Source of the DNA: Hormiphora californensis
Lineage: Eukaryota > Animalia > Ctenophora
Reading direction: 5' to 3'
Length of the DNA stretch: 64,000 bases
Assembly: GCA_020137815.1 (NCBI GenBank)
Contig: CM035353.1
Coordinates: forward strand, 2,728,001 to 2,792,000
Shown here: positions 12,242 to 24,587 of the stretch, in pieces
Numbering within the stretch: the stretch's first letter is position 1
Layout of the letters: each line of letters begins with the position of its first letter
Translations under genes and position numbers: made by a program
The notes under the pieces: generated by a model
What the model was told of the DNA's origin: nothing
The model's input: the letters and a program-made list of their open reading frames with translations, nothing else
The model's database searches: none

Positions 12242-15200
12242 ATGTAAGTTTAGTAGGAGCACGATAGAATTACACAATACACCAGCTGTTTGATTTTGAT
12301 CTGTAACTACTTGTGTTACACAAGTTTTGTAATATTCGCTTTGTTTAGGGAAAGCACAAACTGGTTACCTGCAGTCTATGTGGAGCTGTTATGAGATCTG
12401 ACAACTTGGAGCGGCATACTGGTAGAAAAATGTGTGCTATTTGGTGCGACATCTGTAATACTCGTGTCCCTGCTAAAGATTACCAAGATCATACTGAAAG
12501 ACATCCGCTTAACCTCGAACACAATCTACCCGGGATCAGTGATGAACTTTCTCAAGGACAGGAGTTCACCATTGACTCAGAATTAGAAGAGGTCTATAAA
12601 GATCATCCTTGGCATTGCAACCTACACCAAAGCTGGTAGAGTGATGACTGTGTACAACTATCAAATAGAAAATTTTAGTGTCGGAGAGGTCGCCCATTTC
12701 TTCAAAAAGATCTACGGGAAGCAGCAGAACGCATTTAAAATCAAGATCTCACTGGGTATGATACTGTATAACAATCGTACGGATGAGTTTTGCTACTACC
12801 ACCCATCACAAAACAATCAACTCCTGTTTGATGCTGCAAAACTGATCAAAAACTCGACTGACAAAGACAGGTTTCTTGAAGATTTGAAGATGGTTGATCT
12901 TGCTCATTGGTCACACGTCCTTCCTCGTCTTGGTCCTTTGTGAAAGCAACCAATCTCACTTTTTATGTCTACCGTTTGGCAGGAACTCCTATTGGATCAG
13001 GAACTGAGCTCCCAGAACACCTCAATCGGAACAAGGGACTTGTCACTCTGACGCGGTCTCGTAAAACTGGAAAACCATACACTGATAGCAAGTGTTTCTT
13101 CCGCTGTCTGGCCCTCCATCTCGGGAGCAGATCCTACGTCCCTCGAAAAGAAAACCAACGAATTGCTGAAGGAGTACTGCGAAAAGGCATCTATCAAAAG
13201 GTTTACTGGAGTTTCTCTTGACCAACTGGAACAAATATCTCTTCTTTTCAATGTTGGGATCTATGTCCATGAACAGGGTGAAGACAGAGTGACCAGCACA
13301 ACGTGGAGATCAATACAAGAATCCAACATTATGCACCTCAACTTACACGGAACTCACTTTAGCTACGTGTCCAACTTTGAGATGTATGCCTCCGTGTACA
13401 GGTGTGTCCAGTGTGACAGGCAGTTCAAACACCATGGGACCTACAGTCGTCACATCAAGACATGCGACATTGGTGCACGCGAGAAGTTTGTTGGTGGAAC
13501 CTTTAAAGTCAAATCCACCGTGTTTGAGGATCTGGAGCGTCACGGAGTTAAAATTCCCCTGGAACTGCGTCCTTATCCATACCGAGCTGTCTTCGATATT
13601 GAATGTATGCTAACCAAAGATGTTGACATACCGGAGACGGAGCGTACAATATACAGCTCGAGGCATGAGCTTGTTTCGATATCCGTGTGCTCCAACGTTC
13701 CCGGCTACATGGATCCTAAGTGCTTCGTCTTGGAATCTGCATGTGGACAAAAGCAGCTCGTGCAAGATTTCTTGAAGTATCTTACAGCCATCAGTCAGAC
13801 TGCCGCCGTTCTAATGGAGGATCGCTACAAAAAATACGGAATAGATAAAAAGCTGTTTGTTTGGGCTGACAAACGTTTGACACAGCAGTGGGAACAACAG
13901 ATCCATCAGCTCCCCGTCATATCCTTCAACGGAGCAAAGTACGATATCAACGTGTTGAGGCAGCACATGTTCCCTATTTTGTCAGCCCAGGACGCTGTCA
14001 AGTTTGTGGTTAAAAAAGAACACTAGCTACATGACCATCTCCACGGACAATGTTAAATTCCTGGACATGATGTTCTACATTGCTCCCGGAAACAGTCTCG
14101 ATAAATTCACAAAAGCATATGGAGCCAAACAGAGAAAGTCGTACTTTCCGTATGAATACCTTGTCTCCTTTGAAAAGCTCCAGGTGACTCAGTTTCCGGC
14201 GTATGAGGACTTTCATTCGTCTCTTAAAGACAAGAATGTCCTTGAACCATCGATTGGAGAAGCTCTCAATGAGGAGGAGGAGACAGCTTTGGGACGGTCC
14301 CCTTCCCGAGCGGAACCTCTAACAGTTGAGGAGGTGTTCTTGGTTGGTAAATTCAGATACAGTCAGCTCAAGACAATGTTCGAAAGCAACTCTTGGTCTA
14401 TGCGGGAGTACTTGATCTACTACAATAACTTGGATACGATCTCCCTCATCGAAGCAATTGCTAATCTGGTGACATACTACATTGATCGTGGTGTGGATGT
14501 CTTTAAAGAGGCATTGTCAGGTAATTTGAATAGCATCAATAGATTATATCCATTATTATTATATCCATCGGCGGACGGGTTTTGTTTGTGTGTATATATG
14601 TGTGTTGTTTCAGTTCCTGGAATAGCAGAACGCATTGCGTTCAAGGGACTCAATGGTAGAGATGAGGTATTTCATCTGTTCAACTATAAGAACAAAGATC
14701 TTGTCAAGCTGTTCCTATCAAACAACGTCGGTGGCCCTGCAATCATATTCGATCGGTACCAAGAAGCAGGTTATAAATATTTTAAATATTTTAAATCATC
14801 ATTCTGCTGTTGCTCACTAGATAGTAAATATCCCAAAGAATTTTCTGTAAAATATATTCATATATAATATTTTATATATTCCCAGGAATAACCAAAATAC
14901 GACATGATGAGACCGGGAAACTTTGCAAGAAGGTGGTTGGTTTCGACGCCAACGCTCTCTACCTTTGTAAGTTTTTCTTTCTCTTTTCTTTTCTTTATTA
15001 ATCATTATATTTTAGGTTGCATGGCAGAAAATATGCCTTGTGGAATGCCATTACGTCGATGTTCGCCAGACTTTATCATCCAGTACCCAACTCCCATCTC
15101 AAAAGTGGCGTGTGAGTGGTTGAGTTGGGTCGAGGAGGACCTCGGCATTGACATTCAACATGCACGGAATAGTGGCGAAGTTCGAATTGGATCAAAAAAG

Positions 15201-17180
15201 ATTCCTGTTGACGGATATCACAGGTAAAGAAAGAGTACATAAGACTGCATAGTACAAATATTTTTATATACTTTTATACTTTTAACGTTTAACCCAAATT
15301 TCAGTGAGAGCAAGACCATCTATCAATTCCATGGTTGCTATTTTCATGGTTGCCCCGAGTGCTTCCCAGATCCCAAGGAGCGTGAAGAGGTGACAGATAA
15401 AAGACCAAAGAGCTTTGAAGAGCGATACCAGAGCACGCTAAAGATGACAGAGAGTTTTGAGGATCTTGGATACGAGGTATAAACATTGCTGAATTCATTG
15501 CTCTCTATGATTGCTGACACCTATTTTAGGTGATTGAAATGTGGGAGTGTGAGTGGCGAGAACAGCGATCTCAAGTCACCCTTCCCACCAAATATCTCTA
15601 TCCTTTGGAGAAGAAGTACCGCCTTACAGAACGTACCATTCTCTCTGCCATCCAAGATGAGACCCTCTTTGGTGCAGCAGAAGTTGACATTCATGCTCCA
15701 GATCACCTCAAGGAAAGGTGTGTGTCACAACTCACAGTGTTTTATCAGAAATTATTTCGCAAATTATTTCCAGATTCAGTGAAATGACGCCCTTGTTCAA
15801 GAATGCTATAATATCGGCTGATGACATTGGTGACTATATGAAAAGAGTACTCGAAGAGAGTGGGGAGGTTTTCAAAGAGAGGCGGAACCTCATTGGTTCC
15901 ATGTTTGCTAACAAAATACACTTGATAACTCCCCTTCTCAAGTGGTATTTAGACAATGGACTTGTAGTGACTAAACTACACCAGTTTATCCAGTTCAACC
16001 CACTTCCCTGCTTCAAAAAGTTTGCTTACAATGTTTCCAACGACAGGAGAGCAGGTAATTTTTGTGTGTACGATTATGTTTGACCTGGTTAGTGTTTTAC
16101 ATGGTTCTCTATGTTACAGGAGACAGCGATCCGAGCAAAGCCATCATTGCGGAGACGTCAAAGTTGATTGGTAATAGCGTGTACGGTCATTCGATAATGA
16201 GAAAAGACCGGCACACCAACATACGACTGACAGGACTTGCCAACGCCATCAAGCTCATCAACGATCCTCTGTATACTAGCCTTGAGGAAATGGATGATGA
16301 AACATTTGAGGTACCCTAGTCTATTATGCAGCTCCCTAACATTTTAGGTGATATTGATGAATTACACACACGAAATACATAGTACATACGATCTAAATTT
16401 TAGGTGACATTGAAAAAGAAGCGCATCACTCACGATCTCCCGATCCAGTTGGGTTTCTTTGTTTATTCATACGCCAAACTCAAAATGCTACAGTTTTACT
16501 ATGATGTTGTGGACCGCTTTATCGAAAGGACAGATTTCTGTCTGCTGGAAATGGACACAGGTATAATATACGAGTGCAGATGGGAGGGGTATCATTGTCA
16601 GTGACCTTTACTCAACAATTTCTAACACGAAAACTTTTAGATTCTCTGTATATGGCACTCGCTGCTGATTCTCTGGACGAGCTTGTGAAACCTGATATGC
16701 GAGAAGAATGGGAACTTGTCAAACAAGAACGCTTCCCCCGGCCTGAATACAAGGCATTTGATAAAAGGACACCTGGTATGTTAAATACAAAAGATTTCAT
16801 AATTCATACTAATTATGCTTCTCCTTACTTTGACACACTGTATGTCACACACATCTACAAAACATTATTCTTTCAGGTTTGTTCAAAGGAGGAGTGGTCC
16901 GGGGACGCGTTTATAGGTCTAAATGCGAAGACATACTTCTGCTCTGGACCCAGCTCAAAGTATAGTTCCAAAGGAGTCTCCCATCACTACAATCTTACCT
17001 TTGAAGACTATCGCAATGTTCTACTTAGAAATGATATTGAAAATCGAACTAACAAAGGGTTTAGGTACAAGGATGGTCAGATGTATACATACAATGTTAA
17101 GAAGTCGGGCTTATCCCACATATAATGTTAAACGTAAGGTCTTACAAGATGGGATATCTACGACGTATCTAGATGTTTGA
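12242..17180 (+). CDS. polB: Protein-primed family B DNA polymerase (Polinton type), multi-exon, with several 1-nt indels
   Basis: Exo I VFDIEC, Exo II SFNGAKYDI, Exo III YNNLDT. Pol motifs DANALY, KLIGNSVYG and MDTDSLY after splicing. VSR-like insert (VDGY..QFHGCYFHGC..MWECEW). C-terminus KRKVLQDGISTTYLDV. GT-AG introns at 14521-14613, 14770-14885, 14967-15015, 15224-15304, 15477-15529, 15718-15773, 16055-16119, 16311-16403, 16561-16640 and 16776-16876. The start, via a possible intron at 12244-12348, is tentative. Confidence 0.92.
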
Positions 17181-17889
17181 AGTTTTTTCTTCTTTGTTAA
17201 TTTTATTGTTTAGTTAGCATGTGTCACACATTGTGTGTTATTTACTGACTCTGCAGTCTGCTTGAAATATCTATAGTATCTGTTTTCTGTTCTGGTTATA
17301 ATTTACCTGGTACAGGTATTATGTATGTAAACTGCATGGAGCGTTATTATATTATGGATCTATTACCAGTTTTAAAAGTCTGTGTCTTTAACTGTGTTAG
17401 TTTGAAGGAGAAATAACTCTAGGAGCAGTGCTTACATAATGGTTACCAAAGGGACAACAGGATTCTTTATCTCGAAGGTGGAAATCAAAGCCCTGGCTTT
17501 ATGATGGCTCAAGACCGCATCTGGTTCAGGCCAGCGGAAAAGACCTATAGCGCCTCCGGTAAGAGGCCAGTTTCCATATATAAACGTCAAAAGTAAAGCT
17601 CTCGTTCCAAGGCTACTGGTGCGTCAGGCAAGAAACCAGCAATCGACAAAGGTCTACGAAATAACCTGACCGTCGACCGAACTACTCTGTACTGAATCTC
17701 CAACTAGAAGGCGGTGTAATGGAGAAGGTGGTGTAATGGAGAAAGACTTTAAATTTGTTTCATTTCACCTGTACCACGTTGTACAATTTGAATAAACAGT
17801 GAACTGTATTTATAGGGGGCCAATGGATCTTCAAGTTGTTTTAACGGAATCAAATATCAAACCAGGGATAATCATTTTTTAAATTTATT

Positions 17890-18215
17890 CTATACCGTTC
17901 TATTACCCGCTGTTCCAATCTTGTTCCTTCCAGTGAAAAGTCACCGGAATACTGAGTTATAACAGAACACCTGGTGCAATTCGTGTAATGTGATAGGGGT
18001 GACATCACTAACACGCAGAAATTTCAAACAAAAATTAGGGTCCTTGTCAGCGCCAAAATAAATTCCATGGCCCTTGCCGGCGCTCCCGATATTCTAGCGA
18101 ACAGTTCTTGCCAGCGCCGCATAATTTTGGTAATTAGAAGTCACGTGACATGCACATACAAATGGTGCCTCAGTTAGGACGAAAAAGGGGTCCCAACTGT
18201 GCACACTATACTACT
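17890..18215 (-). repeat. Right terminal inverted repeat of the Polinton
   Basis: Reverse complement of 30-350. Confidence 0.93.
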
Positions 18216-19366
18216 TTCCTTCACCTGGCGACCCTGGTCATAATTTAGCACAGAATTCCTCCAAATTAGTGTTTCCACTGGTACACGGTTGTTCTAATCT
18301 TGTTCCCAGCTGATATATGTTTGGTGCAGGGTGTCTCTTGTGTCGCTGCGAGCAGGGTGTCTCCTATCTTTTAATAGCATCATATTCGATCCTATCTTTG
18401 GTCGTGATCTTTATCAACTTGACATCATATAATGTATTAGATCACAGAAGTTAGCGAAGGGGGGGGGGCGTTATCATCCATTCTCATATGAATATTAAAT
18501 TAATATACGTTCTAGTACGGTACAATAGGGTGACTAATTTCTAATGAGTTGTCACACACTACACAGTACACTCCACACAGACACAGACACAGACACACAG
18601 ACACCCCCCCCCCCCCCCCACACAGACACAGACACTCCCCCCCCCCCCCCCCCACACACACAGACACCCCCCACGCACTATAACACACGTATACAATTCC
18701 CACATATATCTCATGATTAGTGTGTACCAATAAACATGGTCCAATATTATTAAACATTGACCTCCTGCAGCGTCTAGTGTGCTACTAGGGTGTTACTATG
18801 TGTTACTATATGTGTTACTATATGTGTTACTAGGGTCCCCCGGTTCAGGGTGGTCTGCTAGTTAATATGGGGCGTGGGATAACGTGGGGTTATTGTGGGG
18901 CATATAACTTGGAAAAGAAGGGGGTAGTGAGAAAAGGAGCAGGAGGGTTGTATGAGAGGGTCAGACGAGTGGAGATCACAAACATAACATGCTCCAGAGT
19001 CCACACATCAATATGTTACTGCAGCCTGATTCTTCTTTTTATTAATATCTCTCTCTCTCTCTCCCTCTCTCCCCCTCTCTCTCCTCTCCCTTTCCCTGCA
19101 TCTGTGGCAATTGTACTAAGTGTTTCCTACAAGTATCTCCATTACACAAGACACACCTAAAGATTCTGAATATAGAGTATCACTACCTCAATTTCGAGAG
19201 CTGAGTCTTGCCGCGTGTGTGTGTGTGTAAGTGAAATTCTATCCGGTACACGTTCACATTATAATATCACTAATTATCAGTGTGGAGAGAAACGGGTTAT
19301 TTGTGGCGTACCTATTAATTGGTCCCAGATACCCTGCGGGGGTTGGGGTAGTTGAATAATGTCTAG

Positions 19367-19467
19367 CAGGAACCGAATCAAGAAATACTGGTCCCTGATT
19401 GGCTGATAACCAGTCACGTGACCTAAATAACGAGTTCTGATTGGTTGTTTACTTGTGTCGGTTCTTG
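19367..19467. mobile_element. hAT-like MITE (CAGGAACCGA family)
   Basis: Short TIRs; 8-bp TSD ATGTCTAG on both sides. Confidence 0.85.
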
Positions 19468-19531
19468 ATGTCTAGGCTATCTTGACTTCCACTGCACTGT
19501 ACTACCTCCTAACAATTTTTTCTTTCTATAG

Positions 19532-22384
19532 ACGATAGTTAGGATATCGATTGCTGAAGGAGAGGGCCCTGGAACCTTTGACAAAACGATATCGAATAAA
19601 GGCTGGATAGAGCAATACCTCCCCTACATCATATGTAAGTAATTTTGTGTGACTGCAATTACGTGGTACAACTCAACTGTGACCCAACCCCCCCCCCCCC
19701 CCTCGCCTGAACTGTGACCCTACTATACTGAGTAGTTAGAGCCCAATCCAAAATAAGTCAATCGAAACACGTGAACCTACTACAGACCTTGGTAGTGAAT
19801 CTACCCCTCGCGAACGCCCCTGTAAATGGGTAAACAGCTACTACAGACAGCTAACACCAACCCCTCAGGTGTACTAGCCACTACACCACCCTACCGACAG
19901 CTACTACAGACAGCTAACACCAACCCCTCAGGTGTACTAGCCACTACACCACCCTACCGACAGCTACTACAGACAGCTAACACCAACCCCTCAGGTGTAC
20001 TAGCCACTACACCACCCTACCGACAGCTACTACAGACAGCTAACACCAACCCCTCAGGTGTGATAGTGTTCTACTACAGACTGCACAACTAACACCAACC
20101 CCTTCACACCTAGGTGTGATAGTGTTCCTGTCACTGATATTCATTGTGACCATTGTGGTGATGTGTAACAGGGCGAACAAACAACGTAAAGCCTACCATC
20201 CCACCAAACTACCTGCATACGATGGGTAAGTTACGGAGAGGGCCCTTGAAAACGGGATCTATTTAGGAATCCTGGCTCCTGGCACCATTAGCATAATTTG
20301 AGTCGATTTAATACTTTTTTGTGGCTTTCCACAACAATCCCCAATTTCAGGATGTTTGACTACCCCGATTTTGATGACCAAGTTGGTTTTGAGCCAGACA
20401 CGGTCAAGGCGTACAATATTGATGGCGGGGGCGAGTGTGATAGGTTGTCAGCGTTTGAGGCCCTCGCCAGTCAATTGCAGAGTATGCAGTGTGCAGATTA
20501 CATTGATAAGCCTAACAAATCTTACAGGTAATTTTATATTTCATGCATCCCCCCTTTATATTTCATGCATCCCCCCCTTTATATTTCATGCATCCCCCTT
20601 TATATTTCATGCATCCCCCCTTTATAATGCGTGTCCGGTATAGTTCCTGTTCTATATATGATCGAGATTTGATAATCTAATATTTTTGGTGTAGGGATTT
20701 TCTCTGTGGTTTTATAAACAAGAAAACAAGGTGTTTTTCGGCCGCGGTCCCTAGATATTGTCCTTGAGTAGAAATTGGTTGACATCACAGCTAGCCACGC
20801 CTTTCCTTGTGAAACTGTTAAATAATTCGAACCCGGGGCGCGGGAGGGAGGGCCGAACAAGGCAATTATGGATTTGTTCTGAAATTGGAATACAGTTTCG
20901 ATAATTGTTACACAACAAACGCTATAAAAAGACAGTTAGTATGGTTTTAGCAAGTGATCCAATCCCTGGTAATTGGTTATACCTCAGTCCACTCAACTTG
21001 AGAAATACAGCCATGATCTATCAATAGAGATGAAATGTAAATGATTCGTTAATACAGAAGGTAGTTGGGTATGATATCCCCTCTTTCTTCTATCGTCCTG
21101 CGCTGTCTCTCTCTCATGTTGTCTCGCGCACTACGTTTAATTCGGGATTTCCCAAGAAGAGAGGGGACACTGTACCCAAAGAAGGTAGAAGGTATTACAT
21201 AAAACGTTAATTGTTCGGTTTTTCTCAAAAAGTGACGTACAAATTATAATCACTTTTTCCCAGACCCCCCCCCCCTTCAATTCTCGTTCACAATTCACAT
21301 CCCCTTCAATTCTTGCGTATTCTCGCAAAAAAAGGTATCACCTCTACTTATTACCCCAGCTGTATTTTCAGTAACTTTTACAATAACGGTGGTTACGATA
21401 ACGGTACTACTAAAAAGAAGGGCACCCAGTTCGATAGTGAAGGTTACTTTTCCGGATCACTTTCAGACCCTGCATTTATTGATAATGAAGGAAAACACCG
21501 ACCCGTTCCAGGTTAGCTTGTTAATTTTAAATGTCTTTACCGCTCCTGTAGTTTAGTTCTTTATTTCATGTCGTCTTATGTGTGTAGTTTGGTTCATTTT
21601 GTAGATGTATATTTGGAACTCCCACATCTATGCCAAAATACGATGTTGATCAGATATACTGTTTGACGCTTGTATATAATTATTACTGTCGTCGCGAACT
21701 AAATAATTAAACGCAAATTATTTGGCAGGCGCCTTGTGTTTATTTTTGGTCTTGAATACTAATATTAGACAATGAAATTCCTTTGCCAGATCCTAATAAC
21801 TGACATTGTTTAGGTGAGGGATATCCAGATAGATGCGAGACGGTCAACTCCCACCTCAACAATCAGAATATCTACACTAACCTTCCACAGCCGGTAATTA
21901 GTTAATTAAATAATTGAATTATCGATCCTTAGTGATCTAGTGTAATATTATGTTGTGAGTGAGTCAACTCCTGTTACCCAATACGGTATATATTCAGAAC
22001 AGGAACCGACCGAATCAGGAAATACTGATCCCTGATTGGCCAGTCCTGATTCAGAACAACTCCCTGCAGGTTAAGTGTGATTCAAAGGATACATTCCGGG
22101 AGAGAGATGAAGATTTTGTCCGATCTCTGCCACCACAACTTAATGAGAACACCTTTGCGCCCATGTCCCCAGAGGTCTCACCACCGCCTCTCACCCCTGA
22201 CATCACAGAGGATCCCGTGCGACCCACCACCTCCCACTCCTCCCTTCTCTCGTCACAGTCCAGGCCAGAAATCAGCCGATTACCGACATCTCTTTTAGAC
22301 AATAACAGTTCACAGACTGAACAGGAGGGGGTGCTTCCTCCACGAACTGTATCATCACATTGCTCGCTGAATAGTGATTATTAG
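19532..22384 (+). CDS. 3' exons of a single-pass membrane protein with a cadherin-like cytoplasmic tail
   Basis: Phase-consistent exons 19532-19634, 20114-20225 (TM segment CVIVFLSLIFIVTIVVMC), 20351-20527, 21372-21511, 21814-21893 and 22070-22384. Motifs AYNIDGGGECD and FDSEGYFSGSLS. No 5' exons identified. Confidence 0.75.
19835..20100. repeat. 63-bp intronic tandem repeat, about 4 copies
   Basis: CAGCTACTACAGACAGC recurs at 19835, 19898, 19961 and 20024. Confidence 0.9.
22000..22048. mobile_element. Internally deleted copy of the hAT-like MITE
   Basis: CAGGAACCGACCGAA...CCTG flanked by the 8-bp TSD ATTCAGAA. Confidence 0.75.
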
Positions 22385-23129
22385 ATCTGTATATCTTCTT
22401 AGTTCATTATTATAGTTATCATCTCATGCCGAGTCTTGGCAAAAAGTTCTTGAAGACCTTGATGAAACGTTGATAAATTTAATTTTATTGTCACAAAAAA
22501 CTCTGCACAAACACTTCATTTTGATTTTTACCGACACATCTCAAAACAGTTGACAACAACACTCTTTTTAGATGTGCAGTATTTAAAGTTTTATATAATT
22601 ATTATGGAGTCTGTTGAACAAACTATAAATATTTTGAATTCGACACGTGATATGTTTTACACCGGTAAATACCTAATTAAAGGGATATATATTATACCTT
22701 TCTCGAGTTTGATGAGATCGAGTAATAAATACAAAGTTATTTTTTTCCAAAATCTGTTCTTACAATCATTATCTAGGGCTATATAATTTTGTTATCTATT
22801 CTCAAGCCTCTGCACAAACTGTTTTCTTGTTTCAGTAAAACGTGTTTGTTTTAATTTGCTCATCTTCGGTTTTAACTAATCCGGGATATATATGGCAGAT
22901 AGAAGATCATACACAGGGTGTCTTACTTCGGAAATGTTAGGTGGTGATCAGAGAAAATTAGAGGCCGAAAGAGTGCTTGTCACATATTGAATAACTGCAC
23001 ATTGGTACATGGTTTACACATTTCATAATGTTGAGTGTGAAATTGGCAAGCTCCTACAACAAGGAAAAGGGTGTGTGTGCAGTGTGAAGTGAGAATCACG
23101 TGTGGTTGTCATTCTTTTCGTTTTTTTTT

Positions 23130-23329
23130 CTCTCTCTCTCTCTCTCTCTCTCATTTCTCTCTTTCTCTCTCTCTCTCCCTCTCTCTATCTCCGTACCCTT
23201 AGTTAGCATAGTAAACCGGAAATAGAATTAGTAACGGTTCCTGCAGGCCGCTAGTCCCCTTCTTCTCTTTAACAGAGGCCTCTACTTTTAAACCAACACT
23301 GACGGTTGTTTTCCATATTTTACTCTTTC

Positions 23330-23388
<59 letters not shown>

Positions 23389-23437
23389 TCTCCTCTCTCT
23401 CTCTCTCTCTCCCCTCTCCCTCTCTCTCTCCTCTCTC

Positions 23438-23483
<46 letters not shown>

Positions 23484-23503
23484 TATCTCTCTCTCTCTCT
23501 CTC

Positions 23504-23550
<47 letters not shown>
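23130..23550. repeat. (CT)n microsatellites
   Basis: Long CT/GA tracts. Others lie at 11155-11412, 28252-28331, 30993-31160, 45787-45845 and 62759-62880. Confidence 0.95.
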
Positions 23551-23553
<3 letters not shown>

Positions 23554-24587
23554 TCTTTCTCCGTGACATGATCTCTCAGTTCTGCATACGGTCTATTTAC
23601 ACACAACAAAATGATCAAGCTTTGCATGACAATATTCACACCTCTCACAGTGACCCTCCTCCTCCCCACTTTGTTGTCCTGGACTTTATAAAGCTGCAAG
23701 ATCACCGTCTACTGGAAGAATAATTATAATAGTAACAATTGTAACCCATCCCTGATCCTATTAGTCACAATTGTAACCCATCCCTGACCCTATTAGTCAC
23801 AATTTTAAACCATCCCTGGCCCTATTAGTCATCTTACTATATATAATGCAGATACGTCCATTTGGATCACATGTTACACACATCCAGGCCATGTAACCCC
23901 TATTAGTCAGGTCCCAAGTAACCCGTTACTATCTTCTGGCCCCTAACCTATTTTCTAGGGGACCCATACAATATATAATGGGTGTTCCTCTCATTGTGTT
24001 CACAAGCTTTCCCAAGCCCAACCCTTCTCGCAGCTACTTCCTTAACTTACTCTCTGTCTCTATCCCTCTCTGTCGATCTCCCTTTATCTTACTATCCCTC
24101 TAACTCTGTAGCTCTCTATCCCTCTTTCTCTCTCGCTCACTCAACTCTCTCCCTCTCTTCTCCATTATCTAGCTCTCGTGTTCAATTCCCAACAAGTCTC
24201 TCTGCAGGACACGCAAGCACACAATTGTAGCACCCATTACGTCACTATTCCACTGTGCAGCATGCACACAGAAGAACAATGTCTCTCTCTCTCTCCCACA
24301 CATTGTGTCACACAATGGTACCTCTACATATATCTTCACTAGCCAATCAGGACCAAGGAAACAAGGTCACGTGACCTATTTCCACCAATTACAGGACGGC
24401 ATGAGATCCTTGATGGTAGTTGCTGTTGCTGAAAAAAAGGAACAAACACTGTACACAATGCGTGTAGCTCTACTATTGTCCGTGTGTGTGTGTGTGTGTG
24501 TGAACGGTAGGTTGTCATGATAAACAAGTCATTGATAGTATGAATGTAGCTTGTCATGTTCTAACCCTCATATATGAGGGTTAGAAC

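Larger units (their letters stand above)
30..18215. mobile_element. Polinton/Maverick-like element, both ends intact
   Basis: Starts AGTAGTATAGTGTGCACAG and ends CTGTGCACACTATACTACT. TIRs are identical for 110 bp (30-139 vs 18106-18215) and imperfect to about 350/17890. TTCCTT is duplicated at 24-29 and 18216-18221. Contains a pPolB gene. Confidence 0.93.

Noticed and set aside
12600-14030. Programmed frameshifting or pseudogene status of polB
   Set aside because: Similar indels occur in the host NECAP gene, so the cause cannot be separated from sequence error.
23199-23705. ER/SL-rich ORFs
   Set aside because: Translations of (GA)n microsatellites.
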